IMG/VR virus record: IMGVR_UViG_3300017963_000203
Location: 1-64,000 of that record
Strand: one strand, 5' to 3'
DNA: 64,000 nucleotides
Source: a virus
A program made the position numbers and the translations under genes. The notes under the pieces are model-generated. The model did no database searches. It worked only from the letters and a program-made list of their open reading frames with translations, and had not been told where the DNA came from. Each line of letters starts with the position of its first letter. Positions within the stretch are counted from its first letter, which is position 1. Shown piece by piece: positions 46,284-55,335 of the stretch.

Positions 46284-47819
46284 TCAAACCTTTTTCATCT
46301 TCAACCCGACCAGGAAAGGCGTCACCGGCCGGAACCTGTCACTCGCAGTTTTAATCCCCGCCAAAGCATTTTCAACCGCGTCGGGGTCACGAATCAGCAA
46401 AGTTTTCTCTGCTGCTTTCACCAGGTCTTCGACATCCAGTCGCCCGAGTGCTTCCAGGTACTTGTCGTAGACTTCGCTTGCCCCCTTGTCAAGAGCCGCC
46501 CCCGGCTTTGGTCCTGAGATTCTTATAATCCTGACCACGCGTTTGGCAAATGGCGGATCAAACAAACTCCTGCTCGGGATCAACTCTTTGAACTTCGATA
46601 GGAGTCTGGGGAGTACTGAATCCAAGTCAAGTCGTTCCGGAACTTTCTCCGAGTCTCCCTCTGTGATGATCTCCACTTCGGGTTTCTTGAGAAGGATACC
46701 CGATGCTGTTGCGCCGTTAAAGATTTCCTCCGGAGACATCGTTTGGCGCATCGATTTGAGGGACACGGCCGGAATGCACCTCGACGCGTTGTCATCCTCT
46801 TTCACGAGGTTCGAGAGGATTTTCTGTGCCTTCGGCTTGAGCAGAGTCTTGCCGAGATTGTCCTGGCCAGGTTCGGCTGGGACTTCTTTGCTGATCTCGC
46901 CAAGCTTGAAGATCGTTCTTTTCTTTCGCATGGATTCCTGCGCCGAGGCAACCTTCACGAAGTCGACACTACGAATGGTGTAATCTTCGTGACGTTGGAC
47001 AACCGTGGGGTCGGCTGTTGGAAGATGAACGCCGGCGACTTTTCGAAGGGAATACGCTGGAGCGAATGCTGGCGTGATTACTCTCGAAATATCGAAGAAC
47101 CTCGGGAACCAGTTTTCTGCCGCGACCTTTCTTCCGTCTGGAAGCGTGACGTTCAACAGCGTCCGAAGATGCTCACAGTACTGGTTCCGATTCTTCGCCA
47201 CATTCTTGCAGATGGAGCAAACGTCGAACGCGACCTTGCAACCCATGGACCACGGAATGGGCTCACCACGGTCGATCATGCCCACGAGATCCGGGGCGGA
47301 AAGACCAACGCCGTCCCTTGGTGGATCCTTTCGAATGAAAACGATGAGCTCTCCGCGGCGCATCTTCTCGTTGTATGCCGCGCAAATCACCTTCTCCCCG
47401 ATGGAGAACTTCGGGTCTTTGTTGTTGTGAAGGACGAACGGGTAGGCATAAGTCTCGAAGGTGCTGATACCGTACTCCGGAGGAATCGGACGGCCGGTCT
47501 TTCTGAGGAACGCCTGGATGTCCGGAGGGGGCGGCTCATGAAGGAGAGACCACTCCCAGAAGCTGTCGCCGTTCTTGTTGCTCCCCCATGCCTCGGTAGC
47601 ACCCACGGCGTTGATGTGCACGTATCTACCGTCTTCCCTCGGAGAGAGGGAGGCCGCAGCTTTGATGAGACGCTCCGGAATGTAGACCTCGGACGCTGTC
47701 TTCTCGAAGACGCGCGAATGGATCGGGAGATAGGACGGGCCCCACCTGGCATCGTATGCGGGGGCCACGTGCTTCTCCATCTCCGGAGAGAGGATCAGAT
47801 TTGCTCTCTTGTCGATCAT
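46284..47819 (-). CDS. prohead maturation protease
   Basis: NKNGDSF, His (VLHNNKD), Ser (WSMGC), CSIC..CEH Zn insertion, FFDISRV..PA; upstream of scaffold/capsid genes. Confidence 0.75.
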   Translation of the reverse strand: MIDKRANLILSPEMEKHVAPAYDARWGPSYLPIHSRVFEKTASEVYIPERLIKAAASLSPREDGRYVHINAVGATEAWGSNKNGDSFWEWSLLHEPPPPDIQAFLRKTGRPIPPEYGISTFETYAYPFVLHNNKDPKFSIGEKVICAAYNEKMRRGELIVFIRKDPPRDGVGLSAPDLVGMIDRGEPIPWSMGCKVAFDVCSICKNVAKNRNQYCEHLRTLLNVTLPDGRKVAAENWFPRFFDISRVITPAFAPAYSLRKVAGVHLPTADPTVVQRHEDYTIRSVDFVKVASAQESMRKKRTIFKLGEISKEVPAEPGQDNLGKTLLKPKAQKILSNLVKEDDNASRCIPAVSLKSMRQTMSPEEIFNGATASGILLKKPEVEIITEGDSEKVPERLDLDSVLPRLLSKFKELIPSRSLFDPPFAKRVVRIIRISGPKPGAALDKGASEVYDKYLEALGRLDVEDLVKAAEKTLLIRDPDAVENALAGIKTASDRFRPVTPFLVGLKMKKV

Positions 47820-48787
47820 CCGAACACCGTGGTCACTCGAGGTATAGCCACACTCGCCGTATTGGTCATTCCAGTGAGGGGCGCAGGTTGTGGCGCCGCC
47901 GCCGGGGGTGCAGCGGTCGGCATCTTCAGTCTACCGCGTTCCGCTCGCCGCATGAGAACATTTTGCAGGCGGGGGATGCCAGCCGACTCCTGAAGGATCC
48001 CAGGGAGCCCCTGCATCGCGATGAGCGGGAGCACACCGCCCAAGATCGGGCTGCGAACCCCCAGCCCATACATGATGGGTTCGATAGCGCTCATGGCAGC
48101 CATCTGGAGGAGCATGCTCCCCCAGGGGTTGTTCACGATCTTCGCCCACGGCCCCACCTTCATCCCCTGCTGCTGGGCGACGCCGAGAGGGTCGGCCTCC
48201 ACCGCCTTCTGCTGTCTGAGAATACTCTGGAACTTTTTCTGAGTAATTGGGGCCTGACTCGGTCTTGCTGCCTTGGGCACAGCAGGAGTGCCGGGCTTGG
48301 GAACCTTGAGCCCCGCCTGAAACTTCTTCCACATCGCCTCGCCACCCGGGACAGCCGATCCCGCTGGCTTGGACACGACAGGAGCCTTGGGCGGAGTGGC
48401 GGTCAGCCCCTTCAACCAATCGAGAGCCCCGCCCTCCTTGGATAGAGCATCCGTTCCATCCCCGACGAGGCTCACGTTCGTGTCGCCCCACTGTGGGATC
48501 GCTCTTGTGGAAAGAATTTTGTACTTGGATGCTTTCCGGCGCGTTGGTTTGACGCCGCCACCACGGACCACCTTGTCTCGGAGAGATCGGTCGTTAGCCT
48601 GGGCCTTGAGACCGATGCCGCGTAGGATCTCTTGGCGCTCCTGACGTGCAGGCGAAGGAACCTTGCGACCAGCTCCGGACTCGTACTCCTCTTGCGCGGA
48701 GATCTCGCTGGAGCCCTGAGCCTCGGGCTTGCTGAGCGTTGCGGGCCCGATTCGCCCGCGCCACGTGACCTGCATTCCGTCGCGCAT
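47816..48787 (-). CDS. internal virion protein (putative)
   Basis: SKEG|GALDWLKG site; hydrophobic C-terminal segments; start uncertain. Confidence 0.6.
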   Translation of the reverse strand: MRDGMQVTWRGRIGPATLSKPEAQGSSEISAQEEYESGAGRKVPSPARQERQEILRGIGLKAQANDRSLRDKVVRGGGVKPTRRKASKYKILSTRAIPQWGDTNVSLVGDGTDALSKEGGALDWLKGLTATPPKAPVVSKPAGSAVPGGEAMWKKFQAGLKVPKPGTPAVPKAARPSQAPITQKKFQSILRQQKAVEADPLGVAQQQGMKVGPWAKIVNNPWGSMLLQMAAMSAIEPIMYGLGVRSPILGGVLPLIAMQGLPGILQESAGIPRLQNVLMRRAERGRLKMPTAAPPAAAPQPAPLTGMTNTASVAIPRVTTVFG

Positions 48788-48799
48788 GCGTCTTCCGAT

Positions 48800-49729
48800 C
48801 TACTTGCTGCGGCCCGGGGTTCTTGCTCGCGCACTCCCACCACGCATCTCGATGATGGTCGGCGCGTGAATGGTCGTGCCTTTCTGCCTCGGCCCGAAGT
48901 TCTTCGCCACGTCGAGCATGGTGGTGGCCATTTGGTTGACCTGGCCCTGGGTGGTGCGCTCGATGTTTCCGCTCTGATTCTCGATGTCGAGCAGCTCCTT
49001 GATCATGCCCGGCTGGATGAGATCCGGGCCTGTCTCGTGCCACCGCTTCATGAGATTCCCCGCGAGAATCGGATTCTGGGCCACGTGCGGGGCGAAGGTC
49101 GTGAGAATCTGAAAGTAATGGCCCACGTTGGGGTCGTTCCTCAGCTCGGGATGCTGTCGGAGGATCCTGGTGAGCGAGTTCTTCAGATTGCCTGACTGCG
49201 TGATGGCTTTCACACCGGAGGCGATGACCGGAGCGGCGACGCCGCTGAGGGCCATGGCCGCCATGATCGGCTGCCAGTTCTTTCCCCACCACTGACCGCC
49301 TCGGACGATGCCTCCTGGCTTGCCAGGAGTGCCCTTGCCATGCCACGTGTACTTGGTGCCCCTACCAACTCCTCGACCCACATCCTTCAACGCCTGGAGC
49401 ATCTTGTCTGCGATGCCGGCAGTCTTCTCGATGTGAGGGGACAATTTCTCGAGAGCCGAGAACGCCTCCTTCGTGATGTGCCGGTCGACGGCCGCGCGCT
49501 CGTGGTCTTCTCCACGGAAAGCGATATAGGTGGTGACGCGGCCGATCTTCTCGATGAGATCGTCGGACGCGTAGGCCAGGTGCTGCTCGACGAGGCGCGA
49601 CATGCCCTCACGATCCCCAGCCTGGGCGCATTTCAGCATCCCGGCCACGAACTTGCCGATCTCCGCGCGCTCGTCCTCGTTGAAGTTCCGCTCGTTGTAA
49701 AGCGCAGCGAATTTTTCGAAGATGGACAT
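48800..49729 (-). CDS. internal virion/ejection protein (putative)
   Basis: EKFA, LKCA, EKIG, TKEA, EKTA then amphipathic and TM-like segments. Confidence 0.7.
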   Translation of the reverse strand: MSIFEKFAALYNERNFNEDERAEIGKFVAGMLKCAQAGDREGMSRLVEQHLAYASDDLIEKIGRVTTYIAFRGEDHERAAVDRHITKEAFSALEKLSPHIEKTAGIADKMLQALKDVGRGVGRGTKYTWHGKGTPGKPGGIVRGGQWWGKNWQPIMAAMALSGVAAPVIASGVKAITQSGNLKNSLTRILRQHPELRNDPNVGHYFQILTTFAPHVAQNPILAGNLMKRWHETGPDLIQPGMIKELLDIENQSGNIERTTQGQVNQMATTMLDVAKNFGPRQKGTTIHAPTIIEMRGGSARARTPGRSK

Positions 49730-49738
49730 GGTAAACCT

Positions 49739-50992
49739 CTACATCTGGAAGGGCGGCGCGTAGGCCTGGTTCCCGTAGAACGAGCCAACCGGGGCCTGCG
49801 GCCCTTGGACCTGAGCCTCAGGACTCCACCCTGCCCGGCCCTCACGCCCGAACGCGCGCCCGAAGCCTCGACCCACCGCCTTGAGAATCGAAGGACCGAA
49901 GAGGAGGGCAGCCAGAAGTGGAACCCCACCGCCGACCATGGCCGTACCCTTTCCCATCCTCCAGGCCTTGCCCAGGACACCGGACTGCTTCACGGGCGCC
50001 TTGGTCGCCGCCGCGATCTTTCGGATCTCGACAACCTTGTGGAAGAGGTCCTCGTCCGCCATGCTCGACGCCTTCTTCGCCAGGTTCTCCACCTCCGACA
50101 TCAGGTACTCCTGCGTGTCCAGGTTGTCGGTGAAGGAGTTCGTACCGACTTCGACCGGGTCCGGAGCGTCGTTCAGCATCTGGATCGCTCCTCGAACGGA
50201 GTCGGTCTCGCTGATTTTCTTCCGGAAGGTATCGAGGTCCACCTGGAATGCGTGGCGCCCGTTGATGACCTGCCACTCGCCGTTGGGGATCTCCACGTTC
50301 TGCGCGAGGATCTTCTTGTCCACGGGATGGCCGAGCTTGGTCAGATCGTCCTTGACCGCCTCGAAGACCTTGAGCCAGAGCCGATCGTTCCCTGGGAACG
50401 CGGCGCAGGCGTACTTCATGAGATCCTGAATCTCGCCGCCGTCGAGAAGGACGTGGTTTCGCGCTTCCTCCCGAATCTTGGCGTAGGCCTTGTGCGTGGC
50501 GTCCTCTGATGCCTGCTTCTGGAGGGCCAGCTCACCAACCCTCTTTCGAAGCTCAGAGAGGACGACACCGGCGCTGTGCTCGGCGCGCTTCTCCATGAGC
50601 TCCTCGGCTTCCTTCACGAACGGACGCGCGCTGGCGACCTTCTCGATCCCCTCGAGAACGGTCTGCTTGAAAGCGGACTCGTCCCGCATGGGCTCGAACA
50701 CGGACATGACAGAGGCCGTTTTCACGGTACTGGCCTTGTCGGGATGCAGGATTGCCTGCACGCCGGCCAAGGATGCCAACGGGAAAGTGAACGTCTTGTC
50801 GCCAGCGGTCTTGAACAGACGCTCGTTGGCATCCAGATTCGTGAGCTCCACGACTCTCTGGATCTGGACCGGCGAGAGATTGTTCTTCTCGGCGAGCTTC
50901 GCGATGGTGTCGTTGAGTGGCACGTTCTTCTCTACGAACTGCTCCGAGGCCATCTTGGCGAAGTCGGCGAAACGGATCGGATTGATATCCAT
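49739..50992 (-). CDS. internal head protein
   Basis: KLAEKNNLSPVQIQRVVELTN; many KxA sites; C-terminal TM-like GGGVPLLAALLFGP. Confidence 0.75.
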   Translation of the reverse strand: MDINPIRFADFAKMASEQFVEKNVPLNDTIAKLAEKNNLSPVQIQRVVELTNLDANERLFKTAGDKTFTFPLASLAGVQAILHPDKASTVKTASVMSVFEPMRDESAFKQTVLEGIEKVASARPFVKEAEELMEKRAEHSAGVVLSELRKRVGELALQKQASEDATHKAYAKIREEARNHVLLDGGEIQDLMKYACAAFPGNDRLWLKVFEAVKDDLTKLGHPVDKKILAQNVEIPNGEWQVINGRHAFQVDLDTFRKKISETDSVRGAIQMLNDAPDPVEVGTNSFTDNLDTQEYLMSEVENLAKKASSMADEDLFHKVVEIRKIAAATKAPVKQSGVLGKAWRMGKGTAMVGGGVPLLAALLFGPSILKAVGRGFGRAFGREGRAGWSPEAQVQGPQAPVGSFYGNQAYAPPFQM

Positions 50993-51001
50993 GATCCTCT
51001 C

Positions 51002-51889
51002 CTATCTGATGGATCCCGAAAGCGACGTCTTCCCGATCTGTTTCGAGATCGCGGCCGGCCCCTCTCCCTTCGGGATCGGGCCGATGATCTGCTTTCGGAT
51101 GGCTTTGCTTCTCTTCAGCCGCGTCTGTAGATTGCCGTTTGGAGGGCCCGCCACCCTCTGGTTTGGGGCCATCTGAGGGGTTGGCATCTTGGGTCTCATG
51201 CTCTTCGGGAGAGACGCGCCAACCTTGTCAAGCTCGTCCAGGAAGCCGTCCAAGAAGGCTTCAGCGGCGCTCTTGCGGAAGAACTGGCTCACCCCGGGGA
51301 CTTTGACGCCCTTCGAGATTGCCGACCGACTCCGCGAAAGGGCCCTCTCGGAGAACCCGCCCTTCGGCGCCAGACTACTGGGCAACTTGGTCTTGGCCAT
51401 GACCACCCGTGGAATTCTCTCTCCCTTGGGTCCGGTGGTCTCCGGGTACACCTCTTTCACAGAGACCTTGCCCCCAAGACGATGCGCTCGCTGAGCAGAT
51501 TCACGCTCGACTGGATGCCAACCACCGCTCCTCAACTTCTTCCCCTGCTGCATGAAGCTGGAGAGTCCGCTCTCGGCTTCCTTCTCGATACCGGCGAGAA
51601 ATCCAGCGGTAAACGCCTCCTCCGCCTGCTTGATGGTGGAGTTCTTAGCCCTCGTCATGAAGACGTTCTTGTTGATCTTGGGCTCCTCAGGGCCTTTCAC
51701 GCACTTTCCACTGTCGAAGGTCAGCTTGTTGGGCTCCTTGCTTGGAAGGTCCGGCTTCTCCTTCGAGTCGTGACTCGGCGCTCCCTGAGAGGCGTTGACG
51801 TCGGCTTGAGACGGAAGAACGCCGCCGGCCCCCAGCCGATCCTCTGCCATCTTGGCGAATCTCGCCAGAAGATCCTCGTAGGTGATCAT
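51002..51889 (-). CDS. tagged modular virion protein
   Basis: KQAEEAFTAGFLAGIEKEA and KSAAEAFLDGFLDELDKVG separate basic modules. Confidence 0.75.
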   Translation of the reverse strand: MITYEDLLARFAKMAEDRLGAGGVLPSQADVNASQGAPSHDSKEKPDLPSKEPNKLTFDSGKCVKGPEEPKINKNVFMTRAKNSTIKQAEEAFTAGFLAGIEKEAESGLSSFMQQGKKLRSGGWHPVERESAQRAHRLGGKVSVKEVYPETTGPKGERIPRVVMAKTKLPSSLAPKGGFSERALSRSRSAISKGVKVPGVSQFFRKSAAEAFLDGFLDELDKVGASLPKSMRPKMPTPQMAPNQRVAGPPNGNLQTRLKRSKAIRKQIIGPIPKGEGPAAISKQIGKTSLSGSIR

Positions 51890-51942
51890 GCTCTTCTCCG
51901 TCAAATGTAGTCCTCTAAGGTTTACTCAGGGGACCCATGATT

Positions 51943-53820
51943 TCAAGACCGAACAGCCGGAACGATCGTCCTGGCGTAGTCCCCGTAATACTGCTTGGCT
52001 GCCAGCCAGCAGTACATCGTCGCCTGAAAAGCATCGTCGGGGAGCGTGTGGTCGTAGCGCATGGTCTGATGATAGTCGTCGTACTCGATGAAGATCGAGG
52101 TGAAGTCGTCGATCATGGGCATCTTGGGGCTGGGGTCGTTCTTCATGAGTTCGAAGCAAGGGAACCGGATGCGGGCCTTCTTGATCGTGTCGATCACATC
52201 CCGCATGTTCTGGAACCGGTCGATCAGGTATCGGCCGTACTTGCCCGCCTTGGGATCGAACTTCACAAGGGCGCGCTGCTGCGTGGACTGGAACTCGAGC
52301 AAGACAGGATCCGGTGTGCCCACATCCACCGGTTTCCACCCGTAGTTGTCCACGAGGTGCTCGTTGTTGATGTGGCCGAAACCATAGTCCGATCCGCAGA
52401 AGGCCACCTGGAACTGCCTGGCGAGCTTGTCGAAATGGAAGGGCTGCTGAACCAGGTCCGATTTCTCGCCCAGGTACTTCTCCATGTAATGAATCCGGAA
52501 CTTCTCGTCGGCGCCGAACGTACCGACGACCACCACGGTGAACGCACGTTTCTTCCTCTTCTTCCCCTGCGTGTCCGTAGATCGAAGACCGGTACCGTGG
52601 TCGATGCCCATGAACATCGGCCGCCCTACCCGGCGAAGACCATCTGGACGGTCCCACGACTTCCGCTCCTCCTCGCAGGCATTTCGGATGTCCTGTTCGG
52701 TGAGGACAAGCTCGCCCTCCTCGCTGGGGAGGCCGAGCGCTTCATTCTGGAAAATGGAGAAAGGGACCTCTGGATCGTGGAGTTTGGAGTGAACTCGCTT
52801 GAATGACTGGAAGGGGACCTGGATCTGGCTGATCCTGAAGCCGAAGCTCTCGTCCAGCTTGCTCGGCCGCATGGCCACCCACTCACCGCCGAAATCATTC
52901 GGGTCCCGCGGATTCTTGTGCTTCTTCGGAAAGATTTCCTTCCCGCATCGCGTGCAGATGAAGAAGAAGTCGCCGATGACGTTTTCGTCCAGGTAGTTCC
53001 AGTGAGAGCAGTGGCTGCACTTGACCATCCACTCGAACTGGCTCGTCTGATCGTAGCGCCTGGGCAGCACGTTCATCTTCGACTTTGGCGTCCCCGTATA
53101 GATCCGGAAGAACCGATCTGGTAGGGCGTGTGACTGGGTCTCCTCGATAACGGGAATTTCGTCGGAGATGATGTCCTGAATCTCGTCGATGTTGACCAGA
53201 TCGGCCGAAACACCGCGAGTGGCGTCGGCTGTCAAATAGCAGGATCGAAAGTTCGCATAGGCTCCGTTGTTGAACTCCTTCATCCCCACCTGCCAGATGT
53301 TCATGGTGGAGAGCATCTCAGCAGCAATACGCGGAGAGTCCTCAGCGATCTTCTTGAAACGCTGCTGGCTGAAGACGGAGACCTGGCTGAACCTGGGCTG
53401 GATGAACAGGGCCTTCATGTTGGGCATGGAGGCCATGAGGGCGATGGACTTACAGGCCGCGGTCGTGCTCTTCTCGCACTGCCGAGCCCACATGAGCACC
53501 ATGTTCCGCGAGCCCTCTGGATGCTTGACGCTCAGGTCGTAGATGGGTTTGAGGTAGGAACGATCGTGACGAATGACCGAGCCGTCCATCTGCTTGATGT
53601 GATCGACGTATCGGAACGGCCAGCCCTTCTCGACGTGGATGATTTCCGGAATGAGATCAGAGAGTGTGGTTACATCCCGTGTAGCCTCTTCATCGTAGAG
53701 AGACTCCTGCTCTGCCTCCCCCATGCCGATGATCAGATTTCCATCTTCGTCGACGAAGTTAATCTCTCGAGGATTGACCGTGCCGTCCTCGATAAACCAG
53801 CCGTCGTTATGACCTGCCAT
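51943..53820 (-). CDS. terL: terminase large subunit
   Basis: ARQCEKST Walker A, RG.SAD...IDEIQD, GTPK, CSHC..CTRC, NEALGLP, nuclease GIDHG, DDAFQA. Confidence 0.9.
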   Translation of the reverse strand: MAGHNDGWFIEDGTVNPREINFVDEDGNLIIGMGEAEQESLYDEEATRDVTTLSDLIPEIIHVEKGWPFRYVDHIKQMDGSVIRHDRSYLKPIYDLSVKHPEGSRNMVLMWARQCEKSTTAACKSIALMASMPNMKALFIQPRFSQVSVFSQQRFKKIAEDSPRIAAEMLSTMNIWQVGMKEFNNGAYANFRSCYLTADATRGVSADLVNIDEIQDIISDEIPVIEETQSHALPDRFFRIYTGTPKSKMNVLPRRYDQTSQFEWMVKCSHCSHWNYLDENVIGDFFFICTRCGKEIFPKKHKNPRDPNDFGGEWVAMRPSKLDESFGFRISQIQVPFQSFKRVHSKLHDPEVPFSIFQNEALGLPSEEGELVLTEQDIRNACEEERKSWDRPDGLRRVGRPMFMGIDHGTGLRSTDTQGKKRKKRAFTVVVVGTFGADEKFRIHYMEKYLGEKSDLVQQPFHFDKLARQFQVAFCGSDYGFGHINNEHLVDNYGWKPVDVGTPDPVLLEFQSTQQRALVKFDPKAGKYGRYLIDRFQNMRDVIDTIKKARIRFPCFELMKNDPSPKMPMIDDFTSIFIEYDDYHQTMRYDHTLPDDAFQATMYCWLAAKQYYGDYARTIVPAVRS

Positions 53821-54835
53821 CAGCCAACTGCCCCTGAATCTCCGCGTTGATGGATTTGAACTCCCTGTCGGAAGCGACGATGGAAATGTTCTGGAAGAAC
53901 GAGCCACCTTGGACAGGCTTGTCCACGTCTCCGCGCGTCACACCCACCTTGGTGTAAGAGTTGAGGTGCTGGTGAACGTGCTTGAATCCTTCCCCCTTCA
54001 TAGCCAACGTCGCGAGAATCTTCTTCTCGAGATCGACAGCCACGATGCGCAGCGTCTCCTGGAAGTGAGGCTCCTTCCCTTCGCGAATACGCAGTTCGCC
54101 TGTGGTCATCCCCCTGGCTTTGCTCTTCGCCTTCCTCTCGGTGGGTAGGATGATGCCCAGGTAGTACCGCCAGTCACGCTCGGTCATGGGCGCGATGTCG
54201 TAAAAAACAGACATGTAGAGGTCGAGCGCCACATTCTTCCACTGCTGTCCGGAGAGCTCCTCCATAGCGGCCTGATGGTCGGCCCGGGTCCCTCGCGTGG
54301 TCACAACGCTCTCTATGATGTTCTTGGTTTTGGCGTCACCCAGGAACGAAAAGAAATTATCCATCCACAAGGGGTTCGAATACGGGACGATGACGCCGAT
54401 GACCCGAAGGAGCATCTCATAGGCGCCTTTCTGCTTCGCCGACGGAGCCTTGCGTTTCTTCACCGTGTCCTTGAGTTCCTTCGGGATCCTGGACAGGAAC
54501 CGCTTCTCGAGCTTCTTGTAGTAACCGAGCCCGAACTTGGGGGACGCGAGGTTGCGCTGATGGATCTCGGCCACGGCCTCCTTCTGTGGTGTGGTGAGGA
54601 ACTTGAGGCAGAGGAAACGGTGGAACGGAAGAATGTGGCCGTTCTCGCGCCCGCTCCCCCCGAAACTGTAGATGTGATTCTTGGCGCATCTGAGGATGAA
54701 GTCGTCGCGTGGATCGATCTTGTAGAGGATGCGGCCGTGTTTCGCCTGCGGCTTCGCCTTCAAGAGATCCTGGACCTCATTGAAAGTGGCCGGCGAAATG
54801 CCGTACTTCTCGCAGATTTGGACTCGTGTAATCAT
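53807..54835 (-). CDS. hypothetical DNA-binding protein (terminase small subunit candidate)
   Basis: N-terminal HTH-like TRVQICEKYGISPATF; directly upstream of terL. Confidence 0.5.
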   Translation of the reverse strand: MITRVQICEKYGISPATFNEVQDLLKAKPQAKHGRILYKIDPRDDFILRCAKNHIYSFGGSGRENGHILPFHRFLCLKFLTTPQKEAVAEIHQRNLASPKFGLGYYKKLEKRFLSRIPKELKDTVKKRKAPSAKQKGAYEMLLRVIGVIVPYSNPLWMDNFFSFLGDAKTKNIIESVVTTRGTRADHQAAMEELSGQQWKNVALDLYMSVFYDIAPMTERDWRYYLGIILPTERKAKSKARGMTTGELRIREGKEPHFQETLRIVAVDLEKKILATLAMKGEGFKHVHQHLNSYTKVGVTRGDVDKPVQGGSFFQNISIVASDREFKSINAEIQGQLADGRS

Positions 54836-55335
54836 CGCATGTGAATGACGTACTCTGTCTTATCATAACCAAACAGAGAATTTTCCAAAGCCTTTCGGTT
54901 TGAAGATGGCGTAGATCTGATGTGCTCCAGGTTCGCAAAAAGGTGAGATTCGACCCCATCGTCGAGAATCGAGGCCATGAACAGGCCGCCACCTTTTTTC
55001 TTCACGACGATGATTTCCACCTCCCCGTACATCTCGGCCAGGTCACGCCACAAGTATGCCCAGTCGTCTGAACGACCGCACCCGGAAGCCGCTGTGATCC
55101 ACGGCCGCTGAGAGAACCCGAACCACCGCAACGAGACTTCGTCGCAAGAAAACCCGCGCTGATCCATATCGGAAGACACGAGGCCCCAACGTGGAGCGCG
55201 GGTCCGCAGATACCGGAGGACCCCGAGACCACGGTGCTCAATATCGCTTGAGAGCCACGCCTGAAACGCCGATGGAATCACGCCCCAGGCTGGTCTCACG
55301 TAGCGAAACCAGGCGCTGGTGATCAGACGTATCAA
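54832..55335 (-). CDS. hypothetical protein
   Basis: Coupled at both ends. Confidence 0.55.
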   Translation of the reverse strand: MIRLITSAWFRYVRPAWGVIPSAFQAWLSSDIEHRGLGVLRYLRTRAPRWGLVSSDMDQRGFSCDEVSLRWFGFSQRPWITAASGCGRSDDWAYLWRDLAEMYGEVEIIVVKKKGGGLFMASILDDGVESHLFANLEHIRSTPSSNRKALENSLFGYDKTEYVIHMR

